Assembly: GCA_965203905.1 (NCBI GenBank)
Contig: CBDBDQ010000005.1
Location: 224,001-288,000 of the forward strand
Length of the DNA: 64,000 nucleotides
Direction: 5' to 3'
Source: Spirochaetia bacterium
Lineage (GTDB): Bacteria; Spirochaetota; Spirochaetia; SZUA-6; Bin103
Position 1 is the first letter of the stretch; every line of letters starts with the position of its first letter. The notes beneath the pieces were generated by a model. It did no database searches. It was not told where the DNA came from and was given only the letters and a program-made list of their open reading frames with translations. Made by a program: the position numbers and the translations under genes. Below are positions 50,191-59,565 of the stretch, piece by piece.

Positions 50191-50292
50191 CCGGTTACCT
50201 GAACGCCGGCTCACGGTCCGCTCACGAATGCCTGACCCGTTGCTTGAGAGCCAACCTGGGGCTGCGTCGGGACAGCCGGCGCAGGAGGAACC

Positions 50293-51450
50293 ATGAGACA
50301 GAGTGACCAGCCGACCGCACCCGGCGCGGCACGGCTCCTGCTGACGGCGGCGCTGGCGCTGGGGGCGTGTCTGGCGCACGCCAAGGATCCGAGCTACGTC
50401 GGCTCGGTACACACGGTCGGAACCGATGCGGTGGGCGCGGTGGCGCGCGGCACCGTGTTTCTGGACGCCAATCGCAACAGCCGGCTCGACACGGGCGAAC
50501 GCGGGATCGCGGACGTGGACAACCTGGACGAGCTGTACGCGATCGTCGGCGACCGGCCCGCGCTGGGCCTGTCGGGACACACCCACACCATCGAGCAGAT
50601 CATGCCCGGTGAGCACTTCCACGGCTGGCAGGAGAACACCGGCACCGGCCCGGCGCAGTTCCACCAGATCGTGACCGGCGCGGTGTCGGGCTCCTGGTGG
50701 GCCGGCGACCTGGACGACGCGGGCATCCCGCACGCCACCCAGCGCCTGGGCTCGCCGCGCGGCTACTACGTGCTCGACTTCGACGGAGCCGACTACGTGG
50801 ACACCTACCTGAGATTCGGCGGCAGCGCCGACCAGCAGTTCCATGCCTCGTTCAACACGCCGCGGTTCCGGCGCTGGGCGGCGGACCTGTTCGCCTACGT
50901 CGACCTGCACGGCGCGCCCTCCGAGGTTCCGCCGCCGGTCACCATCAACGACCTGGGCGACATGAACATGCTCACCCACGCCGACCTGGGCGGCGGCACC
51001 TGGGTCGCGGTCAACGTGTGGAACGGGTCGCGGCAGAGCATGGTGTCGGTGGCGGTTGACGGCGGTGCGCCGATCGCGGCCGCGCGCACGCAGCCGGGCA
51101 CGGGCGAAGGTTCGCTTTCAGGCCCCGAGTACGCCGACCCGTGGGCGGTGGCGCTGCAGTCGACCAACGGGCGCATGGCCGTGCGCAACGACCGTGGCGG
51201 CGACGACACCGCCGGCTTCACCACCTGGCGCGGGACTCGCTGGAGCGGGGTAGCCGGCCCGTTCCAGGCGTGGATGCTGACCCGACGCTCCAGCCATCTG
51301 TAGCGCGCCGACCTGCCCGCCGACCTCGCCCCCGGCGTGCACACATTGGAGGTATCCACCACCGACCGCTACGGCCGTACCTTCCGCGCCACCAGTACCT
51401 TCGAGGTGGTGGACCGCATCCCGGAGATGGGCTGGAACGGCGGATTCTGA
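50293..51450 (+). pseudogene. Calcineurin-like phosphoesterase with internal deletion and premature TAG (51301-51303)
   Basis: GTVFLDANRN...GERGIADV joins directly to DNLDEL..LSGHTH, GAVSGSWW, GSPRGY; frame continues past TAG (HL*RADLPADL.PGVHTLEV..TDRYG) to TGA 51450. Confidence 0.8.
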
Positions 51451-51526
51451 AGTTGGGGAAGACGCCCCGGCGCGCGCTGCCAAGGCGGACCGAGCCTTGC
51501 CGGGCGGCGCCGGGCGCGCCCCTCCG

Positions 51527-52537
51527 CTACCCGGCCGGGTCGGCGGCGAGCGCCAGCAGCCGTGCGCTGTGGGCGTTCATCTCCTTCCACGCCTGGGGCA
51601 GGCTCTGCGGTGCTTCCCAATGCTCCCTGGTCGCTTCGTAGAACTTCTTCAGGCGGTAGCAGGGGACGCCGGGGAAGGTGTGGTGCTCGGTGTGCCATTC
51701 CATGTGCCAGTACATGAACGAAGTGAAGGGGTCGACCTTCACCGAACGGCAGCTCTTGCGGAAGTCGTCCGCCTCCGGTTCGCGTCCCACGTGCATGGTG
51801 GCGTGCACCAGGGTGTGGTACCAGCGTGCGCCGTAGAACTGCGGCAGGCTCACCACCACGATCAGAAACCACTCGCCGGCTGCGATCGCCCACACCGCGA
51901 ACGCCACGTGGAGCAGGAACTGCGTGAGCGAGCGCCAGTACGCTTCGCGGCGCTCGCCGTCACTGGCCTCCTGGTACACGTAGCGTTGCCACACGCTGCG
52001 CCGCGGGTTGCCCAGGTAGGGGCGGAAGATCGAGTAGACCTGGTCGTACAGTGCGGTCACCAGGGCGCTGACATCCACAACCTGGAACGCCTGCTGCAGC
52101 ACCTGCTCGGTGGTCTTGACCTTCGGGTGCACGCGCTCGCCCTCGCTGCGGCGGTGCAGCGTGTAGCGGTGGTGGTACTTGTGGCTCATGCGGTAGGTGG
52201 CGAGGTTGGAGTTCCAATGGACCACCCCGAAGATCCGCCCGAACAGGTTGTTGAGCCAGCGCGACCGGAACATGGTGCGATGCGACAGCTCGTGAGTCTG
52301 CGGACCGAAAGCGAACAGGCCGCCGTGCAGGTAGAGCGCCAGCGCCATCAGCACCCACTGGCCGGTGCGGTAGAACCAGTAGCAGAGCGCGCCCGAGGCC
52401 GCCAGCACCGCCAGCACGCCGAGCGAGTGCCACAGACCCTGCAGGTCGCTACGCCGCATGAACCGCGCCAGAAGCTCGCGGTCGATCGGCGGCCGCTTCC
52501 ATTGCACCCTGATCGGGGTGTACGGATAGGAGCTCAT
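51527..52537 (-). CDS. Membrane fatty acid desaturase family protein
   Basis: His boxes HELSH, HKYHH, HTEHH; TM segments. Confidence 0.85.
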   Translation of the reverse strand: MSSYPYTPIRVQWKRPPIDRELLARFMRRSDLQGLWHSLGVLAVLAASGALCYWFYRTGQWVLMALALYLHGGLFAFGPQTHELSHRTMFRSRWLNNLFGRIFGVVHWNSNLATYRMSHKYHHRYTLHRRSEGERVHPKVKTTEQVLQQAFQVVDVSALVTALYDQVYSIFRPYLGNPRRSVWQRYVYQEASDGERREAYWRSLTQFLLHVAFAVWAIAAGEWFLIVVVSLPQFYGARWYHTLVHATMHVGREPEADDFRKSCRSVKVDPFTSFMYWHMEWHTEHHTFPGVPCYRLKKFYEATREHWEAPQSLPQAWKEMNAHSARLLALAADPAG

Positions 52538-52625
52538 TTCAGCGCCTCAATATACACATCGGCGCGCTGCGTGTCGCCCACCACGGCCGCTGTGCAACCG
52601 CTGTGCCGCCATGGCGAGCGGCTGG

Positions 52626-53495
52626 CTACTCCACCGCGCCCTCGTCCGCGGGTTCGCCTCGCGGCGCTCTCGACAGCAGCCTGGAAAGCGCCGCCACCAC
52701 CAGGAAGATGGCCACGCACACCAGGGCCACCGCCGCACCCGACGCGACGCTGAAGTAGTAGGAGAGATAAAGTCCGACCACGCCCGAGACGATGCCGACT
52801 CCCGCGGCCACCAGCACGGTGTGGTGAAAGCGGCGCGTGATCTGCAGCGCCGCGGCGGCCGGGGCGACCATCAGGGTCACCACCAGTGCGATGCCGATGG
52901 TCTGCAGCGCCACCACGATGGCAAGGGCGATGAGCAGGTACTGCAGATAGGTGAGCGCGGTGCTCTTGAGCCGGAGCGAAACGGCGAACACGCGGTCGAA
53001 GGTGACCACCACCAGCTCCTTGTAGAGCAGCACGACGACCGCGACCACGATGAGCGACACCGCGCCGACCCGTACCAGGTCGGCGTTGGTCACGCTGAGC
53101 AGGTTGCCGAACAGGAAGTGCAGCAGATCCACGGCGAAGTTGCGCGCGGTCGAGATGATGGCGATACCGAGGGCGAACATGCCGGCGTAGACGACCCCCA
53201 CCGCTGCATCCTCGCCGACCCGCGAGCGGTGCACCAGGGTGGCCATGCCCAGCGAGGCGAGGAGGGCGGTGGCCGCAGCCCACCAGAACAGGCGGTTGCG
53301 GTCGGCCCCGCCCAGCAGGTAGCCGACGGCGATGCCCGGCACCAGGGAGTGGGCCAGGGCGGTGCCGATGTAGGACATGCCGCGCAACACGGCGAAGGTG
53401 CCGACCAGGGCGCACACCGATGCCACCATGGTGACGGCGAGCAGGGCCCGGCCCACGAAGGGGTAGGCGAGCGGAGCCAGCAGCAGGTCGATCAT
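52626..53495 (-). CDS. znuB: Metal (Zn/Mn) ABC transporter permease
   Basis: ABC-3 motifs: ALAHS.VPG, EDAAVG, LFGNLL, TFD..FA. Confidence 0.85.
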   Translation of the reverse strand: MIDLLLAPLAYPFVGRALLAVTMVASVCALVGTFAVLRGMSYIGTALAHSLVPGIAVGYLLGGADRNRLFWWAAATALLASLGMATLVHRSRVGEDAAVGVVYAGMFALGIAIISTARNFAVDLLHFLFGNLLSVTNADLVRVGAVSLIVVAVVVLLYKELVVVTFDRVFAVSLRLKSTALTYLQYLLIALAIVVALQTIGIALVVTLMVAPAAAALQITRRFHHTVLVAAGVGIVSGVVGLYLSYYFSVASGAAVALVCVAIFLVVAALSRLLSRAPRGEPADEGAVE

Positions 53496-53496
53496 C

Positions 53497-54309
53497 TCAC
53501 GTCGAGGTGGCGATCGGAAGTTCCGGCGGGCTCTCGGGAACGCCTTCGTCGGTGTCGTTGCGGCCCGGAGAATCGCCGTAGGCGGCGGCCAGATGCTCGG
53601 CCACCAGCACCTGGCCGGGGGGACCGACGGCAATCACCCGCCGATTGAGCAGCATTACCTGTTCGAGGTGGTGCGCGACTGCAAGGTTGTGGGTCGAGAC
53701 CATGACCGCGATGCCCTTGCCCACGGCGTCAAGGGTGGCGGTGAGTTGCGCGCCTGCCTCTGCGTCGAGCCCGGCGTACGGCTCGTCGAGCAGCATGATC
53801 TCCGCCTCTTGCGCCAGGGCGCGGGAGATGAACATGCGCCGCCGCTGGCCACCTGAGAGTTCCCCGATCTGGCGCCGCCGCAAGTCGCTAATCGCGACCC
53901 GCTCCATGGCTTCGGCGACGATCGCGCGGTCACGGCGCCGCAGGAAGCGCCCGTATCCTACGCGTGCGGTGCGCCCCATGGTAACCACGTCCTCCACCGT
54001 CGCTGGAAAACGCCAGTTGAGGTTGGCGTTCTGCTCAATGTAGGCGATGCACACATGGCGCTCCGACTGGCTGCCCGAGACCTTCACCGAGCCCGCCGCT
54101 GGCCGGTGGATACCCGCGATCACCTTGAACAAGGTGCTCTTGCCGGCGCCGTTGGGGCCTACCACGGCGGTGCGTTCGCCGCTCTCCAGACGGAACGAAA
54201 CCCCGTCGAGCGCACAGCGCCCGGCATAGTACGCCCGTACCCCGTTGAGCTCGAGGGTTACCGCACCCGCGACATGGGCCGGCTCACGGCTGCCGCTGCG
54301 GCCCTTCAT
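53497..54309 (-). CDS. znuC: Metal (Zn/Mn) ABC transporter ATP-binding protein
   Basis: GPNGAGKS, W.FPATV.DVV.MG, LSGGQRRR, LLDEP; start uncertain. Confidence 0.85.
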   Translation of the reverse strand: MKGRSGSREPAHVAGAVTLELNGVRAYYAGRCALDGVSFRLESGERTAVVGPNGAGKSTLFKVIAGIHRPAAGSVKVSGSQSERHVCIAYIEQNANLNWRFPATVEDVVTMGRTARVGYGRFLRRRDRAIVAEAMERVAISDLRRRQIGELSGGQRRRMFISRALAQEAEIMLLDEPYAGLDAEAGAQLTATLDAVGKGIAVMVSTHNLAVAHHLEQVMLLNRRVIAVGPPGQVLVAEHLAAAYGDSPGRNDTDEGVPESPPELPIATST

Positions 54310-54386
54310 CACCGACGCCACGGGAATGAACCGTCGACCATTAGCGCGGACTTTCTGCCTGTTTTCATGACGTTCCACAACATACT

Positions 54387-54407
54387 TCGAGATATCATTA
54401 TCATTAG
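54387..54407 (-). promoter_or_regulatory. Putative Fur-family (Zur-like) operator upstream of znuC
   Basis: CTAATGATAATGATATCTCGA; 16/21 identical to the site upstream of znuA. Confidence 0.55.
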
Positions 54408-54518
54408 TAGCCCGCCCCGGCAACCGCTCGTTTCGACCACCCGGCCGGCGTGGACGCCGCGCCAGCCGAATCGCCAGTTGCCAGCAAATTGCCTACTCCC
54501 AAATTCTCCCCCAATCAA

Positions 54519-54870
54519 CGCCTAAGCACCGAATTTCCTCTTACGAATTCGCGAATCGGCGGACGAATCTGCAGGTTCGCGATTTCGCGATGGATGGGTC
54601 GCATAAGGGATGGCTCTAGAACCGGTGCAATTAATCGTTTTCCTACAATTAATTGTTGAGAATAGTCTGCATCTCGTGCCAGTGAGATCAGGGGGCCAAA
54701 CCGTCAAATTCGCGAATTCGCGTATCAGTCGTAAACCCACAAGAAATTCGCGATTTCGCGACTTGACCGATAAGAGTGTCATCTCGAGTCTATACAAGCC
54801 TTGGGAACGCAAATCGATGCCTTACAATAGTTTGTGCAAAGATCAAGCATATATGGCGAGGATCGGGGCT
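54519..54870 (-). repeat. Dispersed ~355-bp AT-rich non-coding element, copy 2 (inverted)
   Basis: Reverse complement aligns with 26255-26614. Confidence 0.9.
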
Positions 54871-54882
54871 CATGTTTTTCAA

Positions 54883-54910
54883 TTGACAAGGTTGCCAGAG
54901 TCCGTACAGT
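54883..54910 (+). promoter_or_regulatory. Putative sigma70-type promoter of the permease-SPFH operon
   Basis: TTGACA-N16-TACAGT, 33 bp before the TTG start. Confidence 0.4.
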
Positions 54911-54942
54911 AGCTCAAATTTGAGGATAGCGATACGGACTGG

Positions 54943-57219
54943 TTGTTGAGCATATTCACCGGATTCTTCGATTTTCTCTGGTCGTCGTTCCTGTTGCTGG
55001 CGCCCATGCTGCTGCTGGGCCTGTTCCTGGCCGGGGTGATTCACGTCATGATTTCGCGGCAGTCCATTCTCCGCTGGCTGCGCCACGACAGCTTGAAGTC
55101 GGTCAGCACGAGCGCGGCGGTCGGAGTGCCGATACCGCTGTGCAGTTGCTCGGTCGTGCCGGTGGTCGCCGAGATGCACCGCAAGGGCGCATCGCGTTCG
55201 TCCTGCATGTCGTTCCTCATCACTGCTCCAGAGACCGGCGCCGACTCGATTCTCATTACCAACGCGTTCTTCGGATTCCTGGCCGCGGTTGCGCGTCCCG
55301 TGATCAGCTTCATCACCGCGGTGGTGGCCGGCATCTTCTGCATCGGCCTGATCCGCGGCCGTCCTGCGCCGCACCACGACCACGACCACGACGATCATGA
55401 CCATGAGCACGACCACCACGGACTCGGTCATGCGGGCCATGACCACGCCGAGCACGAGCCGCTGCTGCCCGGCAGCGACGATTGCTACGTACGGCCCTCG
55501 CAACTGAAGGCAGCCCTGACCGGCTGGGCGCGGAGAACGGTGCAGAGCGTCACCGAGAGGATAGGGCGACGCAAGACCGTCACCTGGGTCAAGCCCGACT
55601 TCTACCGCTCGGCTCCTGTCGCCGAGCAACCCCGCGCCAGCCACAGCGGACCGCCCAATGGTGCCGAGGACCTGGATTTTAAGCACATCATCAAGCACGT
55701 GTTCCGCTACGGGTTCGTCGAGATAGCCGACGACATCCTGTTCTCGCTGCTGGTGGGCGTCGCCCTGGGAGGCGTGCTCTACCTGGTGATACCCAGCGAA
55801 CTGATGGCCAACGAATACGCACGCTGGATCTCCTATCCGATCATGGTGCTGGTGGGGGTGCCACTCTACATCTGCGCCTCGGCGAGCACACCCATCGCCG
55901 CCGCGCTGGTCGCCCGCGGCGTCAGTCCGGGGGCAGCGCTGATCTTTCTCATGACCGGACCGGCTACCAACACCGGTACCATCGCGATCATCGCCAACCA
56001 GTTCGGTGCCCGCTTCGCATCGGTGTATGTGACCGTGGTCATCGTCGTGACCGTCGCGATCGGCATCCTGGTCGACACCCTGGTGCTCGCCGCCGGTGCC
56101 ACCCTCTCGGTCAACCTGGGTGCCGTCCAAGCTCCGGCCATCGAGATCCTGGAATGGACCGGTGCCTTCCTCCTCATCGCCCTGATTATCTGGCGGTTCC
56201 AGGCCGGCGCCCTGAAGAGCGGTTACCAGGATCTGGTGTCCAACCTGCGGACCTTCTCCCCGCCCTGGAAGCGCCTCTTGCGCCGTCTGACCCGCGGGCG
56301 GCGGCTGGCCGGAGTGATCTCTCCCGCTGCGCCGCTGGGCATGTCGCTCTGGATTCTGCTGATCGTGGCGTTTCTGGCCACCGGCTTTACCGCGGTGCCT
56401 CCGGCGGCGGTGGGCTACGGCCGGCTGTTCGGTGCGGTGGTCTGGCGCGACCTGCCACCGGGCCTGCACTACCTGGCGCCGCGGCCGCTGGCCAGCGTCG
56501 ACCACTGGCCGATCCGGGAAGTGAAGTCGGTCACCAACGATGTGCCGTTCGAGTACCTGTCGGGCGAGTTGAACCTGCTGTCGCTCACGGTGAACGTGCA
56601 GTACCGGGTGCGGGATCCCTACGTCTATCACTACCGGACAGAGGATCCGGAGCGGGCGATTACCGACAGCGTGCGCGACGAGGTGCGTGCGTTTGTGGCC
56701 GTCGGCGACCTGAATCAGCTGCTCAACGTCCGGCGGGAGGAGTTGGAAGCGACGATTCACCGGTTGTTCTCGGGCTCCTCGGACTCGACGGCCCCGGTGC
56801 TGGATGCAGTCGAACTGATCAAGGTGAATCTCGTGGCCGTCCAGCCGATCGCTGAGACGATGAGCGCGTTTCGGGAAATCTCCAGCTCCCAGGAGGACCG
56901 CGAACGCATCATCGTCGACGCGCAGCGGTTCATGGTCACCTTGATTCCGAGGGCCCACGGTAACGCGGTGTACGAGGTCGAGCAGGCGGCCGGCGAGGCG
57001 TTCCGGAACGTGACCGCGACCGCCGCGGAGGCCGATGCCATCCGCGTGGTGTCGCGGGCGGTGCAAGCGGCCCCCGACGTGCTCCAGAGCATGCTCTGGC
57101 GCGAGAAACTGGAAACGGCCCTCGCCGGCGACAACTACAAGATCATCGTCCCGAGTCAGGACAGCCTGGCCAAGGTGGCGCTGTGGAAGCGATCGGCGGA
57201 GGAGCACACGGACCGATGA
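54943..57219 (+). CDS. ArsP/DUF318 (SO_0444-like) metal permease with His-rich loop fused to a C-terminal SPFH/HflK-like domain
   Basis: PLCSCSVVP, SFLITAPETG, PLYICASASTPIA, FLMTGPATN; HHDHDHDDHDHEHDHH loop; C-terminal RLFG...PPGLHY..P, VQYRV.DP, AFREI.S..ED.ER, IPRAHG.A. Confidence 0.85.
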   Translation: MLSIFTGFFDFLWSSFLLLAPMLLLGLFLAGVIHVMISRQSILRWLRHDSLKSVSTSAAVGVPIPLCSCSVVPVVAEMHRKGASRSSCMSFLITAPETGADSILITNAFFGFLAAVARPVISFITAVVAGIFCIGLIRGRPAPHHDHDHDDHDHEHDHHGLGHAGHDHAEHEPLLPGSDDCYVRPSQLKAALTGWARRTVQSVTERIGRRKTVTWVKPDFYRSAPVAEQPRASHSGPPNGAEDLDFKHIIKHVFRYGFVEIADDILFSLLVGVALGGVLYLVIPSELMANEYARWISYPIMVLVGVPLYICASASTPIAAALVARGVSPGAALIFLMTGPATNTGTIAIIANQFGARFASVYVTVVIVVTVAIGILVDTLVLAAGATLSVNLGAVQAPAIEILEWTGAFLLIALIIWRFQAGALKSGYQDLVSNLRTFSPPWKRLLRRLTRGRRLAGVISPAAPLGMSLWILLIVAFLATGFTAVPPAAVGYGRLFGAVVWRDLPPGLHYLAPRPLASVDHWPIREVKSVTNDVPFEYLSGELNLLSLTVNVQYRVRDPYVYHYRTEDPERAITDSVRDEVRAFVAVGDLNQLLNVRREELEATIHRLFSGSSDSTAPVLDAVELIKVNLVAVQPIAETMSAFREISSSQEDRERIIVDAQRFMVTLIPRAHGNAVYEVEQAAGEAFRNVTATAAEADAIRVVSRAVQAAPDVLQSMLWREKLETALAGDNYKIIVPSQDSLAKVALWKRSAEEHTDR

Positions 57220-58145
57220 ACAGATCGGGGAAGCTGAGGAACAGAGTCGTAGCGGTGGTCGTGGTGCTGGCAATAACGGTGGTCGCAGCCGACAGCTTCT
57301 ACATCATCGACGAGGCGCAGCAGGGAGTACTGACCCATTTCGGCAAGATCCGGCTTCCCGTTCGGCAGCCCGGCCTGCACCTCAAGTTTCCGCGTCCCAT
57401 CGCAAAGATCTACAAGGTCGACCGGCGTATCCATACCCTGGACGGAATGGTCCAGGAGCTGATTACCGAAGACCAGAAGAACGTGCTGGTGGACGGGTAC
57501 CTGCTGTGGCAGGTCTCCGATCCGGTCAGGTACGTGGAAGCGATCCGCACCGAGGCCAATGCCGTCGCCCGCATACGCGACCTGTACCTTTCCAGCAGCG
57601 GCATCGTGATCAGCAACAAGGCACGCGACGCCTTCGTCAGCCTGGGGCTGCTGCGCGAGGAGCAGCACATCGCGGCCCAGGAAATCCTCGACCGGATCAG
57701 GCCGGTTGCCGCCGCCGAGTACGGCATCGACATCATCAAGGCCGGGATCATCGAGTACACGTTGCCACCCGAGAACCGGCCGAGCGTCATCCAGCGCATG
57801 ATCTCCGAGCGCGCCCGCATCGCGGCCCGCTACCGCAGCGAGGGCGAAGAGATGGCACTCCGCATCGAGGCCCTGGCGATCAACGAACACGAGAGGCTCA
57901 TGGCCAACGCCCATGCGGAGGCGACGGCCATTCTCGGCCAGGCGGAGGCCGAGGCAATGGCGCTGCTGGGAGCCGCGTACCGGCAGGACCCCGATTTCTA
58001 CAAGTTCATCCGCGCACTCGACAGCTACGACGCGATCATCGACGACCGCACCACCCTCCTGCTGCCGGCCGACAACGAGCTGTTCATGTATCTGGACGCC
58101 AACCGCATTCCGGCGCCGGCGGAAGTAGCACGCGCGGATGAGTGA
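57216..58145 (+). CDS. hflC: HflC-like SPFH protein
   Basis: N-terminal TM, FGK...QPGLH.K.P, T.DQKN..VD.Y..W.V.DP, RMISER, AY..DPDFYKF.R.L..Y; ATGA overlap. Confidence 0.88.
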   Translation: MNRSGKLRNRVVAVVVVLAITVVAADSFYIIDEAQQGVLTHFGKIRLPVRQPGLHLKFPRPIAKIYKVDRRIHTLDGMVQELITEDQKNVLVDGYLLWQVSDPVRYVEAIRTEANAVARIRDLYLSSSGIVISNKARDAFVSLGLLREEQHIAAQEILDRIRPVAAAEYGIDIIKAGIIEYTLPPENRPSVIQRMISERARIAARYRSEGEEMALRIEALAINEHERLMANAHAEATAILGQAEAEAMALLGAAYRQDPDFYKFIRALDSYDAIIDDRTTLLLPADNELFMYLDANRIPAPAEVARADE

Positions 58146-59565
58146 CGCAACCCAGCTACCGCCGAGCACGCGCATCATCCATGCCGTGTTCGACTATGCC
58201 GGGAAGCACAAGACCCGGATTCTGGCGCTGGGCGTCGCGCTGGCATTGCTGATGCTGGTGGCCAGCGGTTTCTACATCGTCAAGAAGGAAGAGCGCGGTG
58301 TTCGGGTGCGCTTCGGGAAAGTGGTCACGGCAGAGGTCGAACCCGGTTTGCACTACCGTATCCCCCTGATCGAGCGCGTACACGTGCGCAAGGTGATGCG
58401 GATCGAACGCCAGCTCATCGCCAGCCAGGGGGGCGCTAGCGGTTCTGCCGCGTTCACCATCCTGTCCGGCGATACCAATCTCCTGGAGATCGACCTGGTC
58501 GTGCAGTACCGCATCGAAAACCTGCGGGACTACCTGTATGCGTCGTCGGATCCACACCGCCTGCTCGCCATGGTGGCGCGCGAGCGACTGGTCGACATCG
58601 TGGGCAGGAACTTCGTCGACCTGATCTTCACCCAGAACCGCGACTACATTCAGCGTCACCTGACGGAGGGGACCGCCTTCCACCTCGAACAGTACGGCAT
58701 CGGCGTGGAGATCGTCTCGCTGAACATCGTCGACGTGCGCCCGATCGCGGAAACCGTTGCCGCCTTCCGGGACGTCAACGACGCCCTCGCCGAGCGCATG
58801 CAGGCGGTGAGCAATGCCCACCGCCTGCGGGAACAGCTCCTGGCCCGCTCCCGCGGTCAGGCGGAAGCGCTGCTGCTGAGCGCGAAGGCGAAGGCGGTGG
58901 AGCGTATGGTACAGGCGCGGGCCAGCTCCACCGCGTTCTCGGCGCTGCTCGGCGAGTACCGCGTGCAGCCGGAACAGGTGGCGATCACACGCTACTGGCA
59001 GCGCATGCGGACCATCTTCGCCGAGGCGCACCTGGCGGCGGTCAATCCGGATGCCGAATCGACCATCGACATCAACATGCTGGACGGCATCGCGGCGTAT
59101 CCGCCTACGGCCGTGCCGCCGGACGTGATGGCGGCTGCCGTGCCCGACGAATCGGCGGATCGGCCGCTGCTGACCACGCTGCGACCGCCGGGAATGCATA
59201 CGATCGAGACCGTGGACGCGGATAAGCCGCTGCTCGACGGGCAGTTCCACGAGCCGCTCGCGGAACGCGACCACGGTGCCGCGCACCCGAGGTCGCTGCT
59301 GTTCGACACCCCGTCGATCTTTCGCCACCGGCATGTCGTCACCCGCCGGATCCAGCCAGCCGCGCCGACGCCGGCGGGGGTGCCGAGCGCCGCGGTCGAA
59401 CCTGCGGACCAGGTGAAGGACGCCGCCGCGGCCGAACCGGCGGCGGCGGAGCCTGCCGCGGAACCGGCGCCAACCGATCCGGAACCAACGCCGCAGAGCA
59501 AGGAACAGCCCTCGGTGGAGGCTCAGCGCGTATCGAACAAGGGTGATTATGGCACGAATGAGTGA
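58138..59565 (+). CDS. hflK: HflK-like SPFH protein with long His/Pro/Ala-rich C-terminal tail
   Basis: SGFYIV..EERGV..RFGK...PGLHY.IP.IE, SGDTNL, VQYRI, AFRDV.DA, R.RGQA. Confidence 0.85.
   Translation: MSDATQLPPSTRIIHAVFDYAGKHKTRILALGVALALLMLVASGFYIVKKEERGVRVRFGKVVTAEVEPGLHYRIPLIERVHVRKVMRIERQLIASQGGASGSAAFTILSGDTNLLEIDLVVQYRIENLRDYLYASSDPHRLLAMVARERLVDIVGRNFVDLIFTQNRDYIQRHLTEGTAFHLEQYGIGVEIVSLNIVDVRPIAETVAAFRDVNDALAERMQAVSNAHRLREQLLARSRGQAEALLLSAKAKAVERMVQARASSTAFSALLGEYRVQPEQVAITRYWQRMRTIFAEAHLAAVNPDAESTIDINMLDGIAAYPPTAVPPDVMAAAVPDESADRPLLTTLRPPGMHTIETVDADKPLLDGQFHEPLAERDHGAAHPRSLLFDTPSIFRHRHVVTRRIQPAAPTPAGVPSAAVEPADQVKDAAAAEPAAAEPAAEPAPTDPEPTPQSKEQPSVEAQRVSNKGDYGTNE

Noticed and set aside
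51301-51303. Pyrrolysine/readthrough at in-frame TAG
   Set aside because: Position fits a TGG-to-TAG nonsense change, the gene also lacks its catalytic core, and no pyl genes are seen.
51527-52537. Desaturase as part of the sup lipid pathway
   Set aside because: 30 kb away from the PKS with unrelated genes between; no linkage evidence.
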